Assembly (NCBI GenBank): GCA_013239625.1
Contig: MU057357.1
Coordinates: 248,001-312,000 of the forward strand
DNA from: Lama guanicoe
Lineage: Eukaryota
Length of the DNA: 64,000 nt
Direction: 5' to 3'
Positions 49,363 to 62,744 of this stretch are shown here, piece by piece; positions within the stretch are counted from its first letter, which is position 1; every line of letters begins with the position of its first letter. Position numbers and translations under genes: made by a program. The notes beneath the pieces are model-generated. The model was not told the DNA's origin, made no database searches, and saw only the letters and a list, made by a program, of their open reading frames with translations.

Positions 49363-52189
49363 CTAGGGGAGAAAAACAGGAGCTAACTGAGAAAACAGAT
49401 AATACCATTATCAGGGATTCATTGCTGGAAATCCTCCAAATGATCAAAGTCACCAAAGATGTACAATCTTACATTAAGAAAGCAGTAAAGTAAATAAAGA
49501 TAAGAGACTGTCATCATTTCTGGTATAAGTTTAGAAAATGCAGCTGATGAAATACATATATATGTTTAAAAGAACCTTAATACTTATGTGTACACATGAG
49601 TGTATATATGCACACGCATATTAAGGAGGAACAAATACACTGGCCAAATTTTCATTCAGTATTTCATTTTATATTTACTTAATTTCATTTGTAACTTTCA
49701 CTCAGTATATGAACCAGTAACACATGCACATGGTACAAAGTACACAAGAACGTACAGAGAAAATAAAGTGCCCCACCAGATCCTATCCTATAACCACCCA
49801 GCTCCCCACAGGCCACCCCTCTTATCAACGTCTGTGCATCATTCTAATGAGGTGATCCTACATTGTGTACATGCGTCTGAGGCACAGTAATAGCTTACAT
49901 TTAGAAATAGAACTGAAGAAAGATATCAAAAGCAGTATGGCCTTGGGACATGAGAAATTTAAATTTTATACACAAATTGCTAGAACATTATCTCCCTGAA
50001 ATGTACTGTTCTCCACACTCCATTCACTCCATTTCAGCCTTCTTTCCACTAGTACACCCCATGGGACTCAACATTTCATTCGACAGCAACGTCTTCTCCT
50101 ACAAGACTCTCAGTTTGCAAAGTATCACAGACAAATCATAAAGGTGGACACTGAAAAGACATATTCGGGAAAAAGTCAAATTCTTTTGTAGCAAATTCGA
50201 GCAACTTAAAAAGTAAATGGAACTTTTCTACTAAGATTTAACATTGTACTGTCCCAATTACTAGGGTTTCTGCTTAAGTAAAATAGGTCAAAAATCTTTT
50301 TTTTTATTCCCTCATTAGACCATGGCATTTTTGTAATATATTTTGGCAATAACTAAATTTCTCATTTTGAGTTAAGATATTAATTCCAGAAGTTTTATCA
50401 CTTAGAGTCTACATGATTCAGTACATGATTCTCTGTAATACAAGTAAGAAGACAAAATCCCTCTCAGAGTCATAGATGATCTTACATCTCTACTTTCTAA
50501 GTCCAGTGGTTCCCACCATCAGTAACTTACCAACTTCATGTTTTTTCCCATTTTCACACAGTACACTTACTCTTAGCTACACTTAATTTTCCTTTAACTT
50601 CACTTTTAAAAAATCTTACATAAATGTATTCTAAAAGGAAACTTTACATCACTACCTTAAACCATGAACTTAATGTACATATATATAGACATGTAACAAA
50701 AACATAACTCTTACCAAACCCCTCACCTGTAAACCACCTAGAGTCAAGTCACATCTCACCTGCAGAAAATGTCCCCAAACTGGAACACAACGATTCAAAT
50801 TTGACTTTCTCACTTTCTTTATTAGAACACTGGGATCCAGAGAAATAGCCCAGGAAGTCACAGAAATAACTTGGGTCAAATTGATTGTGGTTGCCAAGAT
50901 TTATATAATCCTCCAATTACAAAAACAAAAAATGTCCAACTGTTTGTCACTCACTGTGTGGACCTCGTTCAAGGTTTTCATACAGGTCACCTTGTTTCAA
51001 TTCTCTTTTCAAGCAACTGTACTTGAAGGATGAGTGTACTAGAAAACCAAGCTGTCGTAATCCAATGTTAATTTTAAAAGAAAAGTCCTTGAAAACTCAG
51101 AAAATTACAAAGGAATGAATTCTAAAATAAGGTTATGCATCCACAGAAAACAACTTTCAACATAAGAAGGCAGGACGGTAAAAGCTAAACTTTGTAATTG
51201 TAAAATGAGGCAGCCTATCTGATAGGAAAGGACAGCAAACACAATGTCATTTTGTAAAGAGTAAAACCAATTCACAAGTGTTTGAAACCAAAAAAATTGC
51301 AGATCCCACACACAATCTAATTACACGGGAAGAGACTACTAGGTGCAACTAAATCGCTCTAATTCTTTCCGAATCCATTTTCCTTAAGGGCTTTTCCTTT
51401 GGGATCTCATTAGCCAATGAAATTAACCCGGAAACAAATGTTTTTCACCTAGGGAGATAAAAACACTTCAGATCCTTCTGGTGAAGTCTCTCAGTGGGGT
51501 GAGAGGCCTGTAAACAATTGGCTCTATATTTGGGAACAAGGGCCCCGAGGCTTTCTCATCTTCGGCAACCAAAAGACGGCACACCACTATTGAAAGGGTT
51601 CTCCTCCCTCGAGAATGCCCTTTTGCTCTAACGTGGTAGGATGCAGCGGGAGAGGGGCTGCATCTTCTTCTACCTTAGACGGGGGACTCGTCCTCAGAAG
51701 AAAGTCAGAGGCTCGGCGGAACCGGAATCCGAGCTCTCCTCCAGCTCCCCAGCTCCTGGAAGGAAACCCTAGGAGTACCTCCCAGCATCCACACCTGCGA
51801 GCAAGGATGCTTACACACCCGCCCGACCAGGGGCCTCCCGCGGATGCCTGGGCTTCCAACAAGGCCTTTCTTTTCGAATATGTTGTTTTCCACAAAGTAA
51901 AATAACAAAACCAAAAACCAAACAGAAAACTGCTTTTAAAGACGGCAGGCGTCGGGTTCAAGGTCATACTGAAAGTATGGGCCTGGGCTGGGAAGGATGA
52001 GGGAAGACGACCAGCCAAACCTCGCTTGAAGCTCTTAGGACGCCCTGAGAGCTTCTCAAGCCTCAAATTACTTTCTAGCTGGAAAAGTCTAAATTCATCG
52101 ACAAAACGAGACACCGAACTGGAAATGGGGAAGAGATTAATCCAAAAACGTTTGCTGGAGAGTATCCTGCTCTCCCTCGGTTCCACGGA

Positions 52190-52730
52190 CTCTGAGAGGC
52201 GGCAACGCCCTGAGGGAGAGGAATGGCCAAGGTTGAAGGCGACCCGGGGCCCTTCAACCTTGGCCCGGGGGTCGGAGCTCCGGCCTGAACGACACCACGA
52301 ACGGGCTGGGGCCGCCGCGGGTCCCTCCATCGGCCGGAGGGTCACGGCCGCCGCGCTAGGCCGGGCGGCCGGCTTGAGCCGCGGGTCCCGGGTCGGGAAG
52401 ACGTCAACACTCACCCCTGGGCCCGCTGGAGGGTCTCCGGCGGGGGCCGCCGCCCGCCGGCTCCCGGGGCGCTCGCGGGGGCGCTCTCAGAGGCCGTTGG
52501 CCGAGCGCACAGAGGCGCCCGGGCAAATCACCGGCCGGCGAGGCCCGGAGCGGGCGGGGAGAGACGCGAGCACCTCCGGGACTGGCCCCTTCCGGGAGCC
52601 GTAGTTGAGGCAGGTTCGTGGTCATGTGACGCAGGGAAGGGCGGACGTAAGGTTCACACATAGGAGCGGGGGCAGTGCGACGGCGATACGGAGACATCTT
52701 TGTTGTGGGCAAAGCGCGCCAACCGCAGGT
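52190..52730. promoter_or_regulatory. MFF: CpG island / MFF promoter (possibly bidirectional)
   Basis: Very high GC and CpG density; GC boxes; ACTACGGCTCCCGGAAG on - (ZNF143/THAP11 plus ETS) at 52589-52605; GTCATGTGAC at 52621-52630. Confidence 0.9.
52415..52585 (-). other. MFF: MFF non-coding exon 1 (TSS approximate)
   Basis: Donor CCAGGG|gtgagt at 52415/52414 inside the CpG island. Confidence 0.7.
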
Positions 52731-55700
52731 AGTAATTCTTTGGGTCCGGGTTACACTTATTGGAGTTCGTGGTCTTTAGGAATCTCGTGTTTGCAAGGTA
52801 AACCTTCAGAAGCTAGTTAAATAACTAGTTCTCAGGACTGTCTGCATCAAAATCAGGATTGTGTGAGGCCTTAGAATCTGCCTATTTCGCCAGTTCTGAG
52901 AGTGATTCGTAAACGTTACGCTCCAATTTTGATGACTTTTTAAGCCCTTTAACTATGTCTTCCTTAGAAGTGACCCCTACCCTGAATGGGTCCACTAATC
53001 CTTCAAGATGAGAATCACGGGTAGATAGACGTTAGGTTTCACAGTAGTTAGCCGACTTGTTTTGTTTCCAAGGACTACCTGCATCTAAATACCTAACTAC
53101 TAACTTTCCAGAGGAAAATCAGCACCGTGCTCATCGCCAGCGGGACTGACTGAAGCCAAATCACGGAATAGTTTGTATTCCTCGATTTTAACAAACAGTC
53201 GAACAAAGACAAACGCATGAGTATGTACTTCTCTAAAGACAGAGGTGTTACCATTCTTCAAAATAATTTAGGAAGCCCTCCGAGAATTTCGTTCTTGGGC
53301 CCCTTCTTAATATTGGCAAATCATCCTTTAAAAATAGATTGATTTTAGGAATGGTTAGTCATTTCAAGCCAACCTTTTAGGGGAATTTAGAGACCAAACT
53401 GGGTAAGCCATCCATGACCAAAAACCTTTCGAAATGGGGGTCAGCCTGCCCCGCTGTTACCTTTCCACTTCTTAAATTACTTGCAGTTTGGTTTTTACTC
53501 CTGTCCCTTTCCCATTAGGGAAATTGAAATAATTTTCAAATGGAGATTGTGATCCAGTAACCAAATGCAAAGTCTTTCCCCTTAATCCTGATCACCCTTA
53601 ATCTTCTTGTATCATTTGATTCTGTTAAATTAAACAAGACAAGATTCTAGTACCTCAAAGCACCCAACACTGTCTGGTAGTAAGATCTTAAAGAAAAAAG
53701 AAAAAAGATGCTTTTTCTACCTTACCTGGAAACTGCTCCCTTGCTTTTTGTAATAAAGTTTCATATTGGGTCTTCCTTCTCTTCCGTTATTAATGTGGAC
53801 ATTCCTGCTTATGATTCAAACCATGATTGACTGTCTTTGCACCCACAGTTGCCTCAAATCTTCTGCGGGAAACGATGGTATTTAAATCTAAAGAAATTAA
53901 CACATCCATTTTGTCTCATCCTGTTGCACTAGGTCTAGCCATTTCTTCCTAAATTCTCTTGAAGCTTTGATCCCAACAGGGTTTCAAACTCAAAATCTCT
54001 CCCTTTTCCCAATCCAGAGAACTTCTGAATTTCCTTTTTCAGAGATGGCAAGATTTTTTTTTCCAGTCACCAGGTTTCAAAATTCTAAAGTCATCTTTCA
54101 CTGGCTTTTAAGCCCTCCTTCCTTTCGATTCTCCTACCTCAATGCCAACTGTCTACTTTCTCTGTTCCACTTCGAGACCATTACCCATCATCTGTGCTGT
54201 TACCCTTTTAACTGCCCCATTTCCAGTATTTTTCTTTCTGTAGTTCTTTCTAGATATTGGACCCACAAAGAACTTATTTTTACAGTTTGTGACACGGACA
54301 TCCCAAATTTGAAGCCCCAAGTACAAAAAGAAATGGATAACTTGAAGTTCTCTACAAATCCAAAAGTTCAAACAGTAATACAATAATCTTTAAAAACACT
54401 TGAAACTGAAATAGCCTGGAAGGGCAGTATATTTAATATTGGATATTGAGGTTACCATTTATATGATCACTCCACTTTTTGGCTCAAAATCTTCAGTGGA
54501 TCTCTAGTCCCAACCAATGATGTACAACTTCAACCTGGTGTTCTAAACCCTAATATGGCCCTCATCTTCTCCCATGCCATTTTATTTACCACTGCATATG
54601 TGTGTGTGTGATGTATGTATATATTCCGTATATTCTTGACCATTAGTTGTTCTCTGAGATTGCTTCATGTTTTCTTAACTACTTACCACCTGGAATGCCA
54701 TCCTGCCTCTGATCACCTTCTGCTTCTTGAAGTCCTAACTGCCCTTTAAGGGACCACCTAAAATGTCCCCTCTCTTATGATTTCTTGAAGCCTCCAACTT
54801 TTGAATCACTGTTGGTGCTTACAGCACTTGTCACATTCTGTTCAGTATTATAATTATTTATGTATTTCCATTATTTTCCTCTCCCAGGTTATAAATTTCA
54901 CATTTGAGATCAAGGTCTATATCTCACTCATCTGGATATCTTCATGGAGCTAACCATATTGACAGGTTGTAGGTCTTGAGTATAAAGTAATGAGATCTAT
55001 TTTCTTGTTTGACTTGTAAATTAAAAGTAAAGATAATTCCAAAGCAATAGTTCTAAAAATGTTTTGAGCAGTGTCAGCATTTTTAGTAACACTGTAGAGC
55101 CTCTAAAAACCTAGAGAAGGTCATATTTTTCTGAATGTTTACATTGACCCTGATTATTCAGAATTAGTTACTTTTCCTCATGTGTTTGATTGTCTCTTGG
55201 TTTCCAGTAGGCAGAGCTGGGATTACGGTGAGGTGAATTAGGCACCCTTAGTTCTTCACCAGTGTGCCCTGCCAATAAGTTGCAATGAATTCCTTAGAGA
55301 CGATCAAGATTTTTTTTTCTAAACAGGCTTTTAAGTAGAGAAAATGAGCTCAAACACAGCATTTATTATTCTACTTGTCAGCAGTAAAAATAAGTTTATT
55401 AAAATGGATTTCAACTCAAATGGATTTTTCAATTCAAAATGTTTTCAAATTAGATTTTTTGAGCCCAATTATGAGAATGTTTCTTAATATTTATTTGAGC
55501 AACAACTTTCTTGGTTTTCTTGGAATTATTATTTAGCACCTCCATTCATGCTGTTTTTTCGTTTGATTATATCTTTATTGTCATTTAACACAGCCTGAAG
55601 TTTCCTTACCTATAAGATTTCATATTTTGTATAATAAAGGCATTCATCTTTACCAATTCTGTACCTTTGAAATTTTATAATATTTTTCCTTGAATGACGA

Positions 55701-55799
55701 GTATTTACATTATAACTGAGAAAAAGTTATCAAAATATATGACCCATAATTTCTGTAATCTATACATTTTCCATTTGATTTGTAAAAACCCCTTAAATA

Positions 55800-56540
55800 C
55801 CTCAATAGAAAATGAGTAAAGATATGACTAGGGGTTTCACAGGAAAAAAAAAAGTACTAATTGAATGTACTAGTTTAAAACACCCAAATACTAATTTAAA
55901 ATGATAAATGTTCAGCCTCACCGGTAATGAGCAAAAAATGTAAATTAACACAAGACAGGCAAAATTGTAAAAGAACAGCAATATCCAGTATTGGTAAAAG
56001 TATAAGAAGATGGGTATTTTCATTACATTGTGTTGATGCAACTGAACATTCTAGCAGTGTTCCTGGAGAGCATTTATATATATATACATATATATAAGTA
56101 TATCTCAAAGACTTATGATCGCAAGTCCTTTGATTCTGCAGTTTTCCTCCTAGAGATTTATCCTGAGGAACTGATTGGACAAATGTGAAATAAAATGCAT
56201 ATAATAATGTCCATAATAAAACTAAATGTGCATCAATTGATTGATTTCTATAGTAAATCCATGTAAATAATGATTAGCTTTTGTCTATTTATATGAAAAT
56301 ATGTCCTCATTGTATAATAAAAAGTTTAATTAAAAAATTTGGTTTCAAGACAGCATGCCTTTTATCCCATTTTTGTTTAAAAATGTATTTACAGGAAAAA
56401 AGTCTGGAAGGATAATACCTTAATTTTCTTGGGTGTGGGCTCAGGGGTTAGGTCACAGCAATTTTTATATTCTTCTTCATAACTTCTATATCATCTGTTG
56501 TTTTTACAGTGAACAAATACTATTTTTACAATCCAAAAAA
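55800..56540 (+). mobile_element. Old L1M fragment
   Basis: Degenerate L1 ORF2 end and 3'UTR ('aaatgttcagcctcaccggtaatgag', 'cctagagatttatcctgagga'). Confidence 0.65.
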
Positions 56541-56569
56541 ATAAGCTTGTTTACATTTTGAAAAGAATA

Positions 56570-59376
56570 AGACCAGATATACTTTTTTCAATTTTATTCT
56601 TAGACAATACAATAAAATATTTAAGCTATAATTACAGAAATATTAGTACATAACAATATTGTAATTTTGTCAATATATAATAATATAAAATATTCAATAT
56701 ATTTTAAGTATATTTCATTTGCTTATAGAGTAAATATTAAATTAAGTTTAGTAGCAGTAAGTTATATTGGATGCATAGAAAAAAATCTCTGTAAGTTAAA
56801 TTAGCAGTAAAATTCAAATTTAGCATTATTGTAATACTTTTATAAATAAGTTACTTAATAATGTCTATCTTGCAAAAGGAGCTCTGAGAAATCCATTATT
56901 TCAGCACACTGAAATTCCAAAACTGACGCCCCAAATTTAGAAGAAACGAGTTATTTACATTTTATCTACAACGTTAAATCTTCCTAGCCTTATAAACTGC
57001 TGATAGGTATCTAGAAAGTAATGCACATGAGCTATGTTTTAATGCTCAATCTTAGAAGTGTGACTGAGCAAATGTCGATGTGGCGTCACTGGAATTTAAG
57101 GTTTTAGCATCACTTGTCTTCCTCAGAAGTTAAACACTGATAAGACGGCAAGAAAAGATGGAGGCTTGAGGACAAGAAGAGGCCAGTTATTCGGCATTAG
57201 CACCAGTGTAGGGCTTTTACTTATTAGTAAAACTAGATGACCTTAAGGTCATTTGCGATTTTGGACTGTAAAGAGAGGTATGGATGGAGCACGAGTAGCT
57301 AGCTGTACCTGTAGAATTGTTTCCTGGGTGTTTGCCAGAGCAGTTCTTCTCAGTCTTTGGAGGACATCAGAAATCACCTGGGGGGCTTGTTACAACACAG
57401 ACTCCTGGGCTTTACCCGCAGAGCTTCTGCGTCTGTAGGTCCAGGGTGAGTCCTAGAATTTGCATGTGTGACAAGTACCCAGATGCTGCTGATGCTGCTG
57501 GTCCAGGGACCACACTTTGAGAACTGCTGACATACAGAGGATTTGTGGAGCTCAGCTGGCCCTATGCCATTATAGGACAGTTAGGACAGTAGGATATTTT
57601 TAGAGCAAAATGTCATAGTATAAGGTGAGTCTAAGTGGAAGGCCTTTCTTAGTTTAAATGTAAAAATGGCTTGATATCAGTCACATGAGCAGTGAAGGAT
57701 GCCAACCGTGGTCACAGTCTGTGCTGTCCTCTGGGGTCACATCTTCACTTACAGAGCAACTGAGATTGAAGCAATAACCTGAATTTAAACATCAGCACCA
57801 CCAGCTCCACCTCGGTGGCTCAAGAAGCATCTTCAGAGCTTTATCTGGATGTCTGGCCTCTGAGATTCATCAAATAGTGATTCCATCAAGTGTCAATGGT
57901 TTTTTAATGTTTTGTAGATTTTTATTTTCTTCACATTGCCCACACCTTGGCTTCTGCGACACCTAGGAGAAGCCAGAAGTCCTGGGTCTTCCCTGGGCAT
58001 AAATCTTGTTTTTAAACCTTTATTGAAGCCTGCTGAACTATGATGATGAAATATAAAAACAGTAACAAAGAACAAAAAGGGGAAAAAACTGAGATGTGTG
58101 AGATTCCTAACAGAAACAGTAAGTTACATTTCCTGGGGTTATTAGATCAGAAATAAGTCTCTTTTTTCTCCCCTTAGTGTCTGTAATTTAGTGCAGTGCC
58201 TGGGGCATAGCTTGGTGTTGAATAAAGTCTTGTTACGTTGAATTAAGTAACCTTGGGAATGTATCAACACACTGAAAAGCAAGTTTTAAGACATTCAACC
58301 TCCAAGCTGCGCAATCTGTACACAATGGGCTCTTTCAATGGTTTGTAACAATATGTAATATCAGAAACATGCTTTTATAAAGGAAGAATTAGAGAAGTAA
58401 CAAGGCAATAAATCTTTAAACACCCAGGTTAGATAGAAGATTTAGAGCAAAGGAAGAATATTCTGAGCCTGATTAGCCAACAAATATCTTAAGTTCTTTT
58501 GTGTATTCCTGAACATTTATTAAGGTAGGCACCAATATTTATAGGGATGGGGATAAAGTGCAATCTAGTAAGTGGTGTCCTTGCTATTTGTGTGGCTGTA
58601 CTTAATTCACTAAGGGTAAAAATTGTATCTACTTTGTATATAAGCAAACTATATTGCCACAGTGAAATGAATTCGGTGGACAAATGAAAATATCTTTTAA
58701 AGACTGTAAACCAAAACCATACAGTATTTCCAAGGCTATTATGATTCCACCCAGAGCAACCCCCCTTTTGGACTTAGTCTTGGGTTATATTTGAAAAAGC
58801 ACTAAACAATCCATGAACCTCAGTTCAGTTCTGGTTCCCTCAGGCCTTAGGTTATTCACCAGGTCTGAGAGTCCAGTTCTGTTCATGATGCTCTGGTATT
58901 CCACTTGCTTCCATCCCCTTCCCTACCCAGGGTCTAAAGTTTTAGGAAGGTGGTCGTCAGGCAATCTAAAACAGATTCAGCCTCCCTGAGTCTCAAAGAC
59001 TTGAAGGGGGCAAATCTTGGGAATTCAGTGGACCAAACAGCTCTTACCTTGTAGCATCAAACTTTATACAGTCACCATTTACTTAGAGCATTGGTTACAA
59101 GTGGAACATGATTTCAGTGATATTTTGTGAAAAGCCCACTGCCTGTGATAAGGAAATTTACACAACACAGATTTAGAGACTAGTGTCACAGAGACAAGTA
59201 TCACAGAACTAACTTGAAAGAATGCTTTGCCATGTGGGGAAACAAATAGAAACTTTGTACTAAGCCATCATAGAGCAATATTTTTTGATTAGAGAAAAAT
59301 ACTTAAATAAATGCATGCTCTGCCTCATTACTTGGTTATTTAGAATGAAAAATAACAGTTCTGTTTTCTTATTTCG
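56570..59376 (-). other. COL4A3: COL4A3 3'UTR (~2.8 kb; candidate distal AATAAA at 56593-56598)
   Basis: Downstream of the stop codon; plus-strand TTTATT at 56593 plus more proximal copies. End point inferred. Confidence 0.55.
57341..57528. mobile_element. MER5A hAT MITE in the COL4A3 3'UTR
   Basis: 'cagttcttctc...catcagaaatcacctgg...gctgatgctgctggtccagggaccacactttgagaactgctg'. Confidence 0.8.
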
Positions 59377-59628
<252 letters not shown>

Positions 59629-60071
59629 TTAGTTGTACTTCAGCAGTACTAAAGAAATGCAGGCCTTGATGCAAACTTACAGGTCATCTTTTCTGAAATG
59701 AAAACCATTCCTACCCTTTTAATACTCTGTATCACTCACAAGTCTTCCAATACAGTAAATCAAGATGAGCAGATCATTTAGTATTCTGATTCAGTAATCT
59801 ATAAATTCACATATAAATATTAATTATCTTTCATAATGACAAAAATCGTATTTTTAGTCTTTATTGGTACAGGAACACAAGCCATGGCTACTTGTTGACT
59901 CTAGACCACTTATCAACCGGGAGTGCCCAAGCTAAATAGGATTTTATCAGCATGAGGAGATTTCTTTTAAATGTGAGCACATAAATTCACAGGGAAAGAA
60001 AATCTAACACAGGCAAACTTTGAATAATTCTGCAGTTGAGTCATCAGGTTAAACTCGACCTTGAGTAGTTA

Positions 60072-60248
<177 letters not shown>

Positions 60249-60489
60249 TCACAATAAAAGCATCCAAATAAGAGACAGTGCTCAGGTTTTCAATGCTCTA
60301 ATTTTTTTTTTTGGTAATAGAAGACAATAAGGAAAACCACCCAGAAAGCATGAATTAAACTTGTGCTGCTTCACCCAGATTTACTAACATTCCAGGTACC
60401 TTCCAAGTTGAAAGATAGTCATCAACAACTGAGTAAAAGCTAGAATGCTCCTTTTCCCCCAAGTCTGACCAGCTCTTCCTTGTCATTCA

Positions 60490-60765
60490 GAGGTCTGCTT
60501 CAATACAACCTCTGGTAAGCCTTCCCTGACCTCATCCCTGTCAGTCTCTCCCCTTATCTTGCCTTATCTCCTCGTGTACTGCTCACCATCTGAACTCAGA
60601 ACTATTATTGTTATTCTGTCTTCTTGCTTCTGTGTCTACCACTAGGATATAAGCTCCATGAGGGCAGGAACCTTAGTTCCCTGCTGGTATCCTTAGTGCC
60701 TAGAATGGTCATTGCACATAGTAGGTGTTCAATAAATATTTGTAGGATTAATGACTGAATGAACG
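60490..60765 (-). mobile_element. L2 3' fragment
   Basis: 'aagctccatgagggcagg...agtgcctagaa...cacatagtaggtgttcaataaatatttg...tgaatgaa'. Confidence 0.75.
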
Positions 60766-61029
60766 GACATCTGTGAGTAATGGGCCTCTTGGGGGAAAGG
60801 AGCAAATCCAGCTTTTACTTTAGTTTTGATGACTAAGAAGGAGGAATAATGTATCATAAATGATGTAGCACAGAGTATGAATAACCCCAAACCACATGTA
60901 TGCAGGTATCAGAATCACAAATGGTCAGTCCTCAGATTTCTTCACTTAGTACTTACATCTGGGCAATTTTTCTTTAAAAGGCTATTCTCTTAGTTCCCAT
61001 CTTTAGAGGAACTTCAAAGGGGCACAATA

Positions 61030-61250
61030 CAAGGCATAAAGATTTTGGAGCAGACAAACTCAGATTTGAATCCCAGTTTTACCACTTCCTAATTGTGAGA
61101 TCTTGGGGAAATTACTTTACTTCATTCTTATTTGTAAAACTGTAGATGATAGAAACTACAGTGTCTTCAGAAGGATTTTGGAGGATGTATATGAAACAGC
61201 TGCCACATTAAAAAAAAAAGCATTCTATTACCAATATGGTAGCTACTATT
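61030..61250 (+). mobile_element. MIR SINE
   Basis: 'tttgaatcccagttttaccacttcctaattgtgagatcttgggga' MIR core. Confidence 0.65.
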
Positions 61251-61501
61251 CACCTAAATGCCTTAGAATTTGTGGGTAATCTCTTTCTGAGAAGTCTAAT
61301 TTTTTAAATGCTCCATTATTTACCAAAAAATAGCTTACTTAAAGTTAAAAAAAGTATATTTGCATATTTCCAAGCAAATGTCCGTGACATTGTGCATATC
61401 GATGTCAGGCAGTGTTGTCCCTGGGGCCACACCTCACCCAGCCGAGTGTAAGATTCTACGGCTAATCTTTGCTGTGAATTTCCTGTGCCTTTTCTCCTTA
61501 C

Positions 61502-61616
61502 CATGATGAAAGAAAATCCTTTCCAGAGAGAAATCCAGCCATGGGGACACGAGGGGATGTCAGTGGTTTGGCTGTGAACCGCTATGGCAATGGCAGGACC
61601 TTCACAGACGGTGCAC
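61502..61616 (-). CDS. COL4A3: COL4A3 exon 50 equivalent (NC1)
   Basis: 115 nt; [38 protein letters not shown]|gtaagg. Confidence 0.97.
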
Positions 61617-61740
61617 CTGTAACATGAAACAGACTATGGCAGCATCACCACTTTCCCCACCGTGACGTGCTGCCTTATGTCCCGTCACAAACGAAGTGAT
61701 TCACCTGCTCCCATCACAGAACTAAGGGATTGGCCTTTTA

Positions 61741-61947
<207 letters not shown>

Positions 61948-62531
61948 TTAAGTAAATCAAAGTTATTCTGATTATCATTACTGGATGGAGGCTAATTAAA
62001 ACATAACCTATGGCAAAAACCAGAGCAAGACAACAACCTGAAGGAGCTCTTTGCAAAATGTGTGATTGAAAAGTGTTAATACAGTAGAAATCAAAGATCC
62101 AGTAGGGAAACCTATCCTCCTTCGTCCTCCCACCCTTAACACTTCCTGTGGCCCCTTCTCATCAGTCTCGAGCTTGAGGACTGGCGGGGGCTGGTTACGC
62201 AGATGTTTTTGCTTCAGAGTATTCCCAGTTCTTCATATGTATATAGTAGTCAATAACCAGACAAAGCCTTAGAAAAGATTTACTTTAAAGATTAAAAGGC
62301 AGACAGATGATTCAAGTGAAGAGTGTTTGCATTGAACAGGACGAACTAGATTGGCATTTACGAACCAGCTCCTTTTTAGAGTTTACATTCCAGAATGAAT
62401 ATTAGACATTAGGCCAATAGTCAGGTTGTTTACATTTAACTTCAGAGAGAAGAACCCCACGCCATAAAAATGTACAGACTGTATGTGGAGCAAAGTGGCT
62501 GGAAACGAGAACCGGCGGGGGGGAGCATTAC

Positions 62532-62744
62532 CCAGGTCCTGTCCGTGGGATCGTTCATTTCCTTGTACAAAGAGAAGAGAAAACCCACTATAGAGCGGCT
62601 CTGTGCCTTCCGGACAGGAAGGAATCGCTGTGGTCTGGCTGTGCCGGGTGAAGACAAAGCCCCTCATGGCTGTCCCCCTTGCGGGTGGTCCAGTGTCTCC
62701 AGGTTTCCCCTTCAAGCCTGGCAGTCCATCGAATCCAGGCGGGC
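62532..62744 (-). CDS. COL4A3: COL4A3 exon 48 equivalent (end of Gly-X-Y helix and start of NC1); upstream exons lie outside the window
   Basis: 213 nt; [71 protein letters not shown]; ttaaag| and |gtaatg. Confidence 0.97.

Noticed and set aside
51587-52604. Long ORFs of 275 aa (-) and 192 aa (+) at the MFF 5' end
   Set aside because: Both have non-ATG starts (one is the GTG of the exon-1 donor), lie in stop-poor CpG-island sequence and show no recognisable protein features.
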